DNA of 64,000 nt from a virus (lineage: Duplodnaviria > Caudoviricetes), in IMG/VR virus record IMGVR_UViG_3300013121_000001, positions 1 through 64,000 of that record, one strand, 5' to 3'. Of this stretch, positions 33,601 to 43,000 are shown in pieces; position 1 is the first letter of the stretch; each line of letters starts with the position of its first letter. Both the position numbers and the translations under genes were made by a program. Below the pieces are notes generated by a model. It searched no databases. It saw only the letters and a program-made list of their open reading frames with translations, and was not told the DNA's origin.

Positions 33601-36600
33601 TATGTTGTTTAAACAAGAGGAAGGTAGTATTATATTTGACATGTTTGATAAATCTATAGCTGCAACACGAACTCGTGAATTAGAAATAAAGATTGAAAAT
33701 AGAATTAGAGATGACTATAGAAGATATAATATAGTTCCAACACCTGAAAGAACAAACCGACTTAAGATCTTATACTATACTTATCCATATATATTTATGA
33801 GTAATAATAATTATAATTCTGTATGGAAACAACAGATAATTAGATATGAGTTAGGTACCGAACTTCCTATACAAATAGTAATTAAAGATAGTTTAAAACT
33901 TGAAACAGATAAGAATGGACAACATCTATCTGATTTATACGCATCTGATTTATTCACTGTCATATTGTCTAGTACAGTATATGGAGAGTATAAGTCTGTA
34001 CAACACGCTGAACGTGCAATATATTACTTTTATAAGACTAAAGACTTTATTCCTTATAATATTGATATGTTTAATAATAAGGGTAACATTGATGAAATGA
34101 ATCCAATACTTTCCAATAAAATTATAAATACTGTATTAGGATATTTAACAGATGAACTATTAGCATATCATTCTAGAACACATGAGCATACAAACTACAG
34201 TGGGTTTGGAGACAAGAAAAAATACAATGGATTGTTTAATGATATTATACAAGGTAATAGCAGTATAAGTAGATCAATTAATGCTTTTATAGAACAACTG
34301 TCTAGTCCTAATATTACACATCAAGGTGCGCAGAATCTAATTAGAGAATACTTGGCTAATAATACAGTGCTTAGAGAGAATATAATAGCATACGTTGTTA
34401 ATAAGTCTAATGAGTTTGTAACAAAATTACAAGAAGAGCATGGACTACTAACTAGTAGCACTCCAGTATTTAATGAGTCCGCACTTAGTATACAGGATTC
34501 TAATAATAGTACAAGTACGATTGCTAGAATAGCTTGGATTAATACCTGGATAACTCACATAGAGGAAACTAAACTATTCTCTGGACCAGTACAATTATAT
34601 GGTAGTGCTGGTACATTCTGGAAACGTATGGTTACACAGTCATCAACAGGTAATTTGCTTAATAATTCTCCTGCCATACTACATAACATTAATACGTATA
34701 ATCAAGAAACGGCAAATACATTTGGTGTTGTATATGGCAAGGAAGAAAAAGGATTACTATCTGAAATAGTTTTTGTAGAAGAAAAAGCAGATGCAGTAGC
34801 TTATAGAGAACTTGTACACGAACAAATGGTGTCTTCATATACTCAATTATTTATTAATGCAGGATATGATCAACTTGATGCACAAAGCCTTGCTCTACAA
34901 CAAGCAGATAAATATGCTGCAGGTTATAGTAGTGTAAATGAGAACGATGGTATAGGTTGGATAAATCCATTTGCATATAGAGCATACATGATAATGGCAG
35001 AGAAATGGACAGAAGAAATGCAAGAAGTATTTGACTTTGAAATGTATGTGTATGCAGATGCGTTAAGAAATATATATAAACATGAAAGTGCAATTCGTCG
35101 TGCATTAGAACAAGGATTGCCTATTCAAAATGCAAGAAACGTAGCTGCTGCACAAGATAGGTATACACCTATAGATGAACTATTTAATAGATTCATGAAA
35201 GATAAAGGAAAGAAAAATGTAAACTCTGTTGAGTGGTTTCATAAGCACGCAGAAGCTATGACTATGTTAAAGCCACAATACGTAGGACAAGTATATAGTC
35301 ACAAGTCAAATAAGAATCCGTCACTAGCTGATATTATGTTAGATGAAAATATAGAACATTTTATCGGTGGTAGAAAGATGGCATATGATTACCTGTCTCC
35401 ATATGTACTTAGAGGTGAGAAACCATCAGAGCGTACCAAACAATTTGACATGCTTAGATTTATGGTATTTCATGGAATAGATCATATGGTAATGGGTAGT
35501 GGCGCCAAGTTCGGTACAGTAGATCAAGTAAAATGGTATAACAAAGAAGGACAGTTTAATGTAGACGATTTAGTAGATAGTAAAGCTGGATTAAACTTAA
35601 ATTATGTAGCACATTTAGACTGGAGACATTTAAAGAATCAGGTTGATATACATACACATCAGGAAGCTAAAGTAGTTGACTCATCACAGTCAAGAAAAAA
35701 CAAGGTGGCTACTGTTATGAATAATGGAGTACCTATTGACTTTGATAGATTAATAGGAGAGACAGATGAAGAATATAAAGATAGGTGGAATGAACATAGA
35801 CTAAACGCAGAACGTATAGCTAAAAGAAGTAGGAAACCTATTGAAACTTCAAGTACGTTATATAATCTTAAGGAAGAATATAAGTCTATACAGGCTGAAA
35901 TTACTTATAGGTTAATAACAGAGCTTGAGTCTAGTATTGGATTTAGTAGAGCTAGCGGATTATATACAGAAGATTTAGATAAGATAATAAGTGTTCTAAA
36001 ACAGAATGCTAAGAATAGAAATTATTCATCTAACCTAATTGAAATGATCGAAGACATAAAGAATACAAAGGCTTATGACTTCTTACCTGGAAGAAAAAGA
36101 ATAGAGAGCTTACTTACTTCACTTGTATCACGCGAGACGATATCTCAAAAGAGATTAGGCATAGATCTTCCACAAGCACCGTCTACTGGTCTTGAATCTA
36201 TTAGTAGTCCTATGCGTATTGCTGGGGATGAGGGTAAGTTAAGATTCTATCGTCCTAATGTTGCAGAAAACACTACAAGTTCTGAAGTAATTATGCCATT
36301 ACCAGAAGCTTATATGGTACAAATAAACAGATACTATCTAAATAAGTTTATAAAAGCTGGTGGTAAGAAAGAAGCCTTTAATATATTTAAAGCTGTCGAA
36401 ATGTTAAATAATGATATTGCAGATCCAAACAGTGGAATTAATATTGAGATGTTAGGTCTTCGTATTCCTAACCAGCAGCTATCATCTAATGATTGGATGC
36501 GTGCTGTTAAGTTTTATGTGCCAATTAAAAATAGCTATGTATATGTACCACATTACATAGTAGTTAAAGTAGGATCTGACTTTGACATTGACAAATTAAA

Positions 36601-39600
36601 AATTTATTTACCACATCTAGATGATAATCTAAATCCTATTGAAATGGACAATGATTTACCAACACCAAGAGATGTAGTTAGATACAAAGATCAAACTATA
36701 TTTGAGGGATTAGAAGTTAAGATTGATGACAACACATCTGTATATAATGCATTAGATAATAATGATGACTTAATGAATGATCTGACTGTTAACATACTTG
36801 AAATAATAGACATGCTTATATCGAATGATATAAATGTTGTACTTGAAGATGGAAGTAATATAGAAAATAGTGAACTCTCTGTTCGACTATTTGACTATAA
36901 AAAATTAACTATAAAAGATTTAAGTACTATAATAGATGCACTCGACAAAGTATTTATAGGACACGGATTTATTGACTTAAGTAATGAGACAGTTAGTATT
37001 TCTTTATCACAACAAGAATTTAATGATCTTGCATTACTATTAGATGAGCTTAGTTCATTAAGAGACGAAGCAGTTGAGAAAACAGTAATACCTGCTGATA
37101 TGGCTGTATTACAACAGAAACTTAAAAGTGAAGTAGGTGATCCACTTAAGTGGTCATCAACAGAGGCTTTACATAATCGAGTGTTAGAAATTGAGAGAGA
37201 TATTTTATTAAACCATAGAAACTTTGCTAGTCTTGTTAAGCCTGTATCAATGGAATTAGCTACTCAAGTTGCAGAGGAACACGGTATTAATGAAAAAGTC
37301 AACGTAAAAAATTTATCAAAAGCAGTAGATCCTTTAACTAATATGGAAAATGCAATATACTTTGTACACGCAAAAATGGGTGTTGGTAGAGTTGCATTAA
37401 CTATAAATATTAAGGCAGTATCATTAGATTTAGATGTTTCTTTAAACAAAGAAGTGTTTAGTGCATCCGAAGATAGAATAGTTAAAGTAAGAAACTTATT
37501 CTCATCTAATCCAGATGTGACATTTTCAGATCTACTAGATGGTACTGGTACTATAACACTTGATAACTCATCTGAGACACTTACACTACAAGTAGATGCT
37601 GTTAAGAATCCAATATCAGTACATTTAGGAATGAATCTACAAACACTTAACTTGATAGGATATCTAATAAATATAGGAGTTTCCTTCCCAGATGTAATTG
37701 GATTGTTTCAGACACCAGTTATAAGTGACTACTTACAAAGTATTAAATTAAGAACAAGTAAGTACATTGGAGCTTCCAATGGATTTGTGTCTAAAGCTAA
37801 TATTAAGAAAGAGTTTTATGATGAGTGGTTAATAAACAAGGCAAAATCATTAGGGCCTACGCAGGCAAAAGAATTATATAAGTTCTTAGCTGAAATTACA
37901 GAAGACGACGATCAGCAAATACTATCGTATAAAGACGTACATAAGTTACGTGAAGCAATGCTTAAACCCGGATTAGGTGCATTGGATAATAGAAAAGGAA
38001 ATGAGTTAGATAAAGCTAAACAAGAGTTAGTGATGTTATTATACATGTTTGACTTGATACCAACAGGAGACGAGTTTACTGATTTCTTATTAGCTGCTGC
38101 AGCAGATACACGTGTACATAAAAGTCTTGAGGCTGCAGAACGTATGCAATCATCTATTAACTCTTATCTTACACAGTCTTTTACTACACCTAAAATTGTA
38201 TCAGCTAACTCATTTAAGTCTATAATGGATAAGAGTATTGTGGGCTCATTCTTCGAATCACAGAGAGAGTATACTGCTCTTATCAAACCGTTGTATAGAA
38301 TGGATAAGATTAATATACGGGTTGGTAATACAGAAGTTCCAATATTTGCAGAGCTTAGAGAATTATTTAGACAAATGACACCAATAGGATCTACATCACA
38401 AGAGATACAGAGATATGAAGATTCGTTCATAGATGATTTAATAGTATATCTAACGTATAGAGTATTAGAGGATGCAATAAATCCTACACATCCAATGGGT
38501 ATACAACCTAGTAATTTCTCTAAGAATATTCTAGAAGTTGCAAAAACATTTTTATCTTTAAAAGATGCGTCCATAGATGCTAAAACACTTTTAGATATTA
38601 TTAAAAGGTCTGGTGTTAATCTAGGTATTACTAATTCGAAAGATCCAAAGAACAGAATACTTCTTGAGAAGAAAGTAACGCCACAAAATAAGGAAGTAAG
38701 AGTTGCACGTATTGTTGATAGAACACTACCTAATGTAGAAATAGAAGACATGATTTCTAGTATTTCACAGCGCTTAAATAATGCTAGTAACATAGCAGAT
38801 ATGCGTGCTGCTTTATCATTATTCTTTGTGTCAACTATGCAATCTGGTATTAGTAATTCACCCTACTCATTTAGTAAAGTAATGCCATATACGGGTGCAG
38901 TTAAGGATATATTAATTAAGTCTATGGAACTAGTAGAAAACTTATCCGATGAGAACAAACTTAATCTTGCTAAAGAATTCTTTGATTGGTTCTTACGTGC
39001 TAATCCATATGTAAATGGTAATGAATCTAGACAGCGTAGAAATATTAAATTTTTTAGATTAATATCACCATATCACTGGTCATTAAAGAATGGAGTATTT
39101 AGTTTGATTGACAACAATTCAAGAACTAATGTTACTCATACTATTATTGGTAGTTCTTTCCATAAAGAATTTAATACTCGAGGTAATGCAAAATTAATTG
39201 ATTCACTTTTTAATGCTTATCTAAGTACTAAAGGCATAGTTATAGGTAGCGAATCAACTACTATTGTACCAGTTATTAATGGTATTATTACGTCTGGTGT
39301 GATAGGTCCAAGCAGTGCTGCGCTAATAGTAGCGCGTAATCACAATATACCTATTTCAGGTTATGCACATCCAGAGGGCAAGGTAGCTGAAAAGAGAATG
39401 CATAGAAAGAAACTTGAGAATGAAGGATTAGAGTTTTCAGAAGAAAAGTTTGTTGAAAAGAATATAGAAAAATCTGATGGTGTCGTATTTATAACTACTG
39501 ATAAAAACTCTAGCGCACACAAAATATTATCTGGTATAGCTACAACAAGTAAGAAACCATATCTACTTATAAATATGAATACAGAGTTAGGACAAAACAC

Positions 39601-39736
39601 TAATAACCTATATGACTTTTTCAGTACAAATAATATTAAATCTCCTTACTTTGTTGGAGATGAGACATCTGATGCTGAGAAATATACCGTTCAATTACTA
39701 AACAACTTTCTAAACAATCTAACAGAGTGTGAATAA
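24620..39736 (+). CDS. Giant virion-packaged DNA-dependent RNA polymerase polyprotein (crAss/phi14:2 gp66-like)
   Basis: GLRIPNQQLSS and catalytic GSDFDIDK (DFDID at 36578-36592). Zincin-like HEAFH (31700-31714) with downstream EEILSDEF. C-terminal SLOG-like domain. Confidence 0.9.
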   Translation: MGKTNLINPYQDIIDFANAQSGARFNPFDNRVPLAGASTMSTAPSSGIDIRQSEFQIPSNITPEDLPYYQAAQQDNWSRLGRTLGNLPFNVGFGILETFGYLGSMPDLIWGGDFDNALTSWAREKRNAVAGQVYEPVYGKSTVEHLSNPAWWIVNGGGLAESISEFGITTIPIAGALGKAAQLAANVAKVTARTATGLNLGARVLTGVTTGYMEGAMSGAQIYQQTYEDGLSKGLGIEAAQKNAAEAAATTTRINTVLMGISNAAMLGPAFFSADKVARAERYAQQMGLSQAVGETNEQFIKRLEAASIEDALKNNTYKIFGKYDSGIRRGSLDWLKESTMEAGEEVANVFAEQRGLQAGGVTEKKGILETLSDVLSSPEGQMSALLGAFGGIGEASIISRIPWHRYQETKETTDAEGRPITEPVGAKQWVSAKTLEDKEVQEKFEQFKGTIIRDVKQFEEGQKNLSTLKTRLINAEEDDKEWLKTQIELQTQKLFDFSAYQSLQTGNLKAIRELFQGVAELDNTEVLSDKIDQQIATLKSTRDTLPEDGKAAINIEIERLERESAKYSGMTAAMAAGLADSTSDNAYKTRAENQIEKLNSLEKIYDDTMARYNYGDELTYGLAKYIFSAKAELLNIGVAVEELTKFEQNLAAKIDAQMAADNLPMDLQAYVKNQSAYMSLSNRLNTLLEKHTKIRDNIDSMTESELLSAMHEMGVPTSTLPVDSTKEQLIEALTDYTNTTAAVIGAKMEDASDELLNAITSYANSKAINKPLPLNSTATPTPDLEEAKAQLEAAFKKEQKNLYGLATVRTRLENLKAMQTHLDNSINKLASAKGRKQFIEFVKKQLEDRAKTSAQQKTEVDSKNITERRFANELRMKGYDKDFVNALMKALTEGTALPQQYRNTNVFVQGSRGNFTGKRYRIYIDENGKATISELKPKGKKRSRWELTGSSSVKFTDKKDKQVYRNVKDKKTGKFKKVLDKNTELRGKINVHAFMRSMRVLSVQENNDYNATSKLRVKRTVAKQAAYQMIRQLQDRQANAQAVVAMRTADIEKMQNVQADFVTVFTNLFNTFNLDPTALSSVLSRLNDAFDNYKEEINRIETDNSLDDQAKTSQSIIGATVFEEAIEDLRYDVIEMFYNTISARHQAADTTLSTEDAMDKAAEELEAFTKANASANLLFDTEAHAKNAVILMNRSRTINDLQKELDAAQNDFEHLQQRIEAVTSYLQDLSNLPLTSFNTAPIVELRLAVEGELKDDFPFEFASFMDNTIQTGRQELAIFMLQLYEEVEKMPDTSPEKDQMKTLLNSLSTKYGMTQLDILDARITILADRGKPNLGVVENLTSVRVAKALKTLADKGFKLDTLEDLIKAEEILLMRDLLEQERVNMQAEIDALQEDLNQLREFRNLQVRNLALLAKTAKNASLFDMTVVEDFKGHLESNYKDLNLPNPEEILKALALDDEDSIAYNAMYAALLEYRNGNVTQVQQDIQEFKTRFADRHIDSDTVTELLQDQINALTVAKDEMLRNTIKRQALFVTLMNKYITGLQDESMFKAIYYKKLKDLGSHAESNFINNFDLDFNEDIEPDYYTVARKTSTEFSTTGMEDIFTPNNPAYVDEKGNLVMAKGIRGINKDDGTILNPNDPVDRVIIEKHLPMERWFRFTSSNETRKLIKEGKVNLKLQSIKKALEYAETIINDVNSSESKKLTYGVLKKELEAMIKSIEDANPANSDEILANTVIAIPVTSNGDMTHAAYFDADINATQAAIPWTVLRKSTTVFPRNQMGDTELDLEKLGVGSRRIAAAERNLKFEVAGNTVTIFTDKEKTKKYTFPNGDTSYTIQSATQKQRYTELQQLRRRIAIDMLRAEYETFIKDIVNSDDPQYVEIKATTPGTNLMVHEITPSGPKMLKRKMSEISVTQDTGDFKGKLYIAQRDGLTIDGVQYSQFSPGQLVYKGVNDETYLAMTKNLEDLDPTLRDRFIDVFLYALLLAGTVTTPLGSINVRTATHKGQYGEKIQRNDDVPSDMVPVFPSKSALSILETFLNYGRKRDNGGKFNPNKDQIFIESGNVVMIRRNAAGVYDRTEISLSSIIVNGTIDKNNADVKKIIDYLSKKHMNVNSRMLLFSNNNNMFFLPKVKNNLVVGNRISIGDRHGIEMEFQNQNYKTWLSRNVLEVAKMPEAKPGEKLSRTSGQKNLIYSDELSDTFIVPKTKAKTTKAQPTVQQQQNVNSQVNTKKQPSSNTTKSSRAWSSLSADEKDDIKIKFMSSARAVGLPTQQLDIEVEKWYNENVYSAGAPKKFPASIKQDVERIIETQEAKDNLRDIFGDQFVQDHFEMISGLIHGEDIGYFTDDGKILLSTQSFAGVEYHEAFHRVWRIFVPAAQREEIITEFKTRANWKALVEAKQDEGYRTKSEAEIIEEILSDEFMDYMMNKKTKLKDKQRTWFQKLIDFLRNLFSPDKSYPTKVERLFAEISQGKYKNMSGSVDPIFLYKGAPKKAKMPVPDSVSGGYRLQDIVINDTVYQEFRNGFALSILRSLRDSGRLYATISGMSTDIEDVFKNKLVEIVDKLRNVKATEAIPMREYAESILDIYDKIDEIESIEDKSEAEKRQLVILRRLLNNNEIINGYKAFMKDLGIDNNDVTTSNLTIEEMLDTDNGPIKDDATYRVTFELDPRTSMKSLMRLLIATLPEVQLTIGTSRPGLPARKVYTPLGGTILSNIAQPANWNNTVSLLLKEMAGVPPIFVRTRLDTLGSKFPMLRELVTYLLHEDNTPVLNLFTSAFHNHNYEMSIQMMRIDKGKDVSVYSANANINSGIGTIQLRMRSYIEQQLTADNKSAIYDYFNKIPTIGSGSYNQDQLTKILGFLGIEIPPIFLEVGTDGKPMFMRSEFLVSSYDTTTGGTTPKDLSFLARTLVGEIIKHTSSYNSRINNLDGIFNGDVVKGTLNQLAEVVAKMTPSKSVSIMNGQNKMYYPINQHSYQTVMLDDISFVLQASTAEINEMYNMLFKQEEGSIIFDMFDKSIAATRTRELEIKIENRIRDDYRRYNIVPTPERTNRLKILYYTYPYIFMSNNNYNSVWKQQIIRYELGTELPIQIVIKDSLKLETDKNGQHLSDLYASDLFTVILSSTVYGEYKSVQHAERAIYYFYKTKDFIPYNIDMFNNKGNIDEMNPILSNKIINTVLGYLTDELLAYHSRTHEHTNYSGFGDKKKYNGLFNDIIQGNSSISRSINAFIEQLSSPNITHQGAQNLIREYLANNTVLRENIIAYVVNKSNEFVTKLQEEHGLLTSSTPVFNESALSIQDSNNSTSTIARIAWINTWITHIEETKLFSGPVQLYGSAGTFWKRMVTQSSTGNLLNNSPAILHNINTYNQETANTFGVVYGKEEKGLLSEIVFVEEKADAVAYRELVHEQMVSSYTQLFINAGYDQLDAQSLALQQADKYAAGYSSVNENDGIGWINPFAYRAYMIMAEKWTEEMQEVFDFEMYVYADALRNIYKHESAIRRALEQGLPIQNARNVAAAQDRYTPIDELFNRFMKDKGKKNVNSVEWFHKHAEAMTMLKPQYVGQVYSHKSNKNPSLADIMLDENIEHFIGGRKMAYDYLSPYVLRGEKPSERTKQFDMLRFMVFHGIDHMVMGSGAKFGTVDQVKWYNKEGQFNVDDLVDSKAGLNLNYVAHLDWRHLKNQVDIHTHQEAKVVDSSQSRKNKVATVMNNGVPIDFDRLIGETDEEYKDRWNEHRLNAERIAKRSRKPIETSSTLYNLKEEYKSIQAEITYRLITELESSIGFSRASGLYTEDLDKIISVLKQNAKNRNYSSNLIEMIEDIKNTKAYDFLPGRKRIESLLTSLVSRETISQKRLGIDLPQAPSTGLESISSPMRIAGDEGKLRFYRPNVAENTTSSEVIMPLPEAYMVQINRYYLNKFIKAGGKKEAFNIFKAVEMLNNDIADPNSGINIEMLGLRIPNQQLSSNDWMRAVKFYVPIKNSYVYVPHYIVVKVGSDFDIDKLKIYLPHLDDNLNPIEMDNDLPTPRDVVRYKDQTIFEGLEVKIDDNTSVYNALDNNDDLMNDLTVNILEIIDMLISNDINVVLEDGSNIENSELSVRLFDYKKLTIKDLSTIIDALDKVFIGHGFIDLSNETVSISLSQQEFNDLALLLDELSSLRDEAVEKTVIPADMAVLQQKLKSEVGDPLKWSSTEALHNRVLEIERDILLNHRNFASLVKPVSMELATQVAEEHGINEKVNVKNLSKAVDPLTNMENAIYFVHAKMGVGRVALTINIKAVSLDLDVSLNKEVFSASEDRIVKVRNLFSSNPDVTFSDLLDGTGTITLDNSSETLTLQVDAVKNPISVHLGMNLQTLNLIGYLINIGVSFPDVIGLFQTPVISDYLQSIKLRTSKYIGASNGFVSKANIKKEFYDEWLINKAKSLGPTQAKELYKFLAEITEDDDQQILSYKDVHKLREAMLKPGLGALDNRKGNELDKAKQELVMLLYMFDLIPTGDEFTDFLLAAAADTRVHKSLEAAERMQSSINSYLTQSFTTPKIVSANSFKSIMDKSIVGSFFESQREYTALIKPLYRMDKINIRVGNTEVPIFAELRELFRQMTPIGSTSQEIQRYEDSFIDDLIVYLTYRVLEDAINPTHPMGIQPSNFSKNILEVAKTFLSLKDASIDAKTLLDIIKRSGVNLGITNSKDPKNRILLEKKVTPQNKEVRVARIVDRTLPNVEIEDMISSISQRLNNASNIADMRAALSLFFVSTMQSGISNSPYSFSKVMPYTGAVKDILIKSMELVENLSDENKLNLAKEFFDWFLRANPYVNGNESRQRRNIKFFRLISPYHWSLKNGVFSLIDNNSRTNVTHTIIGSSFHKEFNTRGNAKLIDSLFNAYLSTKGIVIGSESTTIVPVINGIITSGVIGPSSAALIVARNHNIPISGYAHPEGKVAEKRMHRKKLENEGLEFSEEKFVEKNIEKSDGVVFITTDKNSSAHKILSGIATTSKKPYLLINMNTELGQNTNNLYDFFSTNNIKSPYFVGDETSDAEKYTVQLLNNFLNNLTECE

Positions 39737-40056
39737 TGGCGTGTAGAATAATAAGAGATTCAAATAAAGAGATAGTAAGTGTATTGGCTCCCAATGGGGA
39801 GCCATCACAACTATTTGGAGATATAATGGTTGACGTTAATGACACAGAAGAGGCATTGGATATTTATAGATCTATCAATAGTGATTATAAATTACTTGAG
39901 TTAAAAGAAACAAAAGGCTATACTGATAGTAACCAAGAATTAAGATGGAATACTATAAAGGATAATTATATAAATAATACTGTAAGTGAATCAAGTATTG
40001 TAGATAAAGAATTACTACAAGATCTAGTAGATAACGGACATTTAAATTGCGAATAA
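39736..40056 (+). CDS. Small RNAP-associated cargo protein (106 aa)
   Basis: TAATG-coupled to the RNAP gene. Contains APNGEPSQLF; Cys only at residues 3 and 105. Confidence 0.7.
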   Translation: MACRIIRDSNKEIVSVLAPNGEPSQLFGDIMVDVNDTEEALDIYRSINSDYKLLELKETKGYTDSNQELRWNTIKDNYINNTVSESSIVDKELLQDLVDNGHLNCE

Positions 40057-40057
40057 T

Positions 40058-43000
40058 ATGGCAGGAAGTTGTAATATAAATTTTAGAACATTAGTAAATG
40101 TAGCTGGTGACAGTGGTGCATTTGCGTCTGCATTACTTAAACAAATGGATAATGCAACAACTGTAGAACTGTTAGACTTCCTACATAACAATTCTACACT
40201 AGATTTAGATAGTGATAGATACAAGCTTGGATCAAAGATAATGAAGCAACGTCCGTCTAGTCTTGCAGGAAAGTTGTATGAGTATCATGGTGGACAAGAT
40301 AGACTTGCATTACCCGATACTAATATACAAACAGATGCAGGTACACTTGTACATGAGATAGCAGCGTCAACTGGACAGCTATTGACTTCTAAACTAAAGC
40401 CTGGTCAACTAGTAACAAATGAAATGATATCGTCTATATCTAGACAGTTACTTCAGATTGCTAATGATTATCCTGGCTCTACTAAGTTAGACATATATGC
40501 AATTAATACAGTTGCCTCTACAGTTGCTGCACTTATAAATGAAGCAATAACCACACAGAATAAAATTAATCCGAATGTATTACCTACATTTAGATTTGAA
40601 CATAGACTTTTAAATCCTGTTAAAGACATTGGAGGTACAGCAGACATGTTGGTATTATACTCCGACAATACTGCATCTTACTTTGACTATAAAACATTTG
40701 AGCCTGCTGGAGTTGATAAAGGATGGAATGAAGATAGTGGCAACTATATAAAGAATTATGGAGCTTATAAGTCATACCGTAGAGAGAAGTGGGAAGTTAG
40801 TATACCAGCGTATATACAGATATTAAAAGATACATATAAAGTCGTAGGCATAAGACATGCCCGTGCAATACCGATTGCAACATTCTTCAAGAAGACGGAT
40901 GAGTATGTAGCAGCTGTAAAGAACAAGGATAAATTAAAGATGGAGCAGCTACAGGCTAAAGGAAAGACTAGAACAGCTACAGTATCAAGTATAGAAACCT
41001 TTGTGTTAAACAATAGTCTATTACTGCCAGCTGTAATTCAAGTAGAATCTACAGGTGATAATGTATTAGATAAGTTTATAGCTGACAGGTACAAGGAAAT
41101 AGAAGAACTACGTCGTGCTGGCGGTAGTTCAGAATCAAGAGCTAGGAATAGAGCTAGAATAGAAGAACTACAGATTGCAATTGATAGATTAACTACAGCT
41201 AAAGACATAGGCGCTATAATAGATTTAGCTAATAAACTTATAATAGAATCGTCTTCACTATTAAAGGCAATATCAGAGAACAAAGATATTGACAACAGAC
41301 TTGAAAGTATTAGACAACTTAGAAATGAGTTGTCTTATTATAAAGACATAACAGATTTAACTGCAAGATATCTTTCGTCACTAACTGATCAAAATTTAAA
41401 ATCAAAAGTATCTAGTTCATTAGGGGAAGTTCTTACTAAGATGTCAATAGCTAAGTCAGCACTTGATACTGTATACTTAAATGAGATGTCTACTAATAAC
41501 CTAATACACAAAGGAGTATCTAAGCAAGAATTGGATGCTGGCGTAATTCTATTTGAACAAGATGATTTATTGCAGAAGTGGGCTAAAGGTGCATCAAATA
41601 GTAATAATCCTTTTCTTGTACAAATGAAATCCGTTCATGATAAGTTAGAGAAACAGAAGCGTGATATGCTGAAAGAGTTTGAACGTGATAGTGAGAAGTA
41701 TTTTACTGGATTACAAGAGTTTATGAAACAAGTAGGCTGGAGTGAGCAAGAGTTTATTAAGTTTATTGTTAATAAGCGTGGTAATCTTGTTCATAAGTTT
41801 AGCTCTGAAATGTATGATCTTATTAATACTGCAATACGTGAACGTAATTCGTCATTCTTTATTAATAATTATACAGTAAAAGATAACTATGAAGCATCAT
41901 ATAAAAGACGTCTTGCTAGAAAAGAAGTTGAGTTAAAGACTAGGTTTAATATTACCGAAGATACAAAGGATAAGAGCAATGTTAAGAAGTATGAAGAAGC
42001 ACTACAAAATTGGATAGAGGATAATGCATTGTTTATAGATGGACATGTTAACGAAGTTGCTTGGTCTAAACAATCTAATGTTAGATACTTCTTAAGAAGA
42101 ACTGCAGAATTTGAAAGTAAGTACTATAGTTCACAATATAATTTTATGACCAAGCATCCAAAGTTAAAAGACTGGTATGATTTCTGGCAACGTACTATGT
42201 ACTCTGCAAAAGACATGTTAGGTGGTAATGAAAAGGTTACAGCTAACTTAATACCTTGGGTAGCTAAAGAGTCCTTAGAACTTGCTGTAGCACGTGGTGG
42301 TAATGTAGCACAAGACATGCTTAATGCAGTATCGATGAATCAAGATGATCCTACAGAAGAATACGATGCATTTGGCAATCTAATTAAATCAGTACCAATA
42401 ATGTATCTAAGTCCATTTAAACGTAAGACAGCAGAAGGAAAGTTTGAAGATGATTTGGATAAGAAGTCATTCAACCTTCAAAAATCTCTGATGCTGTTTA
42501 TGGAAATGGCGATTAACTATGATCTAAAAACAAAATCTGAAGCGTCAATAATGGCAATTAAAGATATGATGGTAGACTTTGGACAAGTATATCAATTAAC
42601 AAAACAAGGACATGTTATTATAGATCCTGTAACAGGTAGACCAAAGACGGGAAATGAAGTATCTAAAGATATAATAGATACGTTTAATGATTATATGAAC
42701 TTCTATTGGTATGGAATGAGAATCTCTACACCTGACAAAACTATTAATGCATTTGGTAGAGAAGTATCAATGCAAAAATCATTATTAGCAGCTAAGAATA
42801 TGTATGCTCGTAAGGTTCTTGCGTTCTCATTACATGCGCCACTTGCATCATGGGCTGTTGGTAGAGTTATAACTACTGTACAAGGTAGTAAAGGATTACT
42901 GTTTGATCATACCATGCACGCAAATGCAATTAAGTGGTGGGCAGAATCTAAAGCTTCTACGTTCTCTAGTTCAGGTTCTAATGGAAAGAAATATAAAGCG

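Noticed and set aside
24620-39736. Inteins explaining the size of the RNAP
   Set aside because: There is no internal Cys, and I saw no LAGLIDADG or intein splice-junction blocks. A HINT-profile search would be the decisive test.
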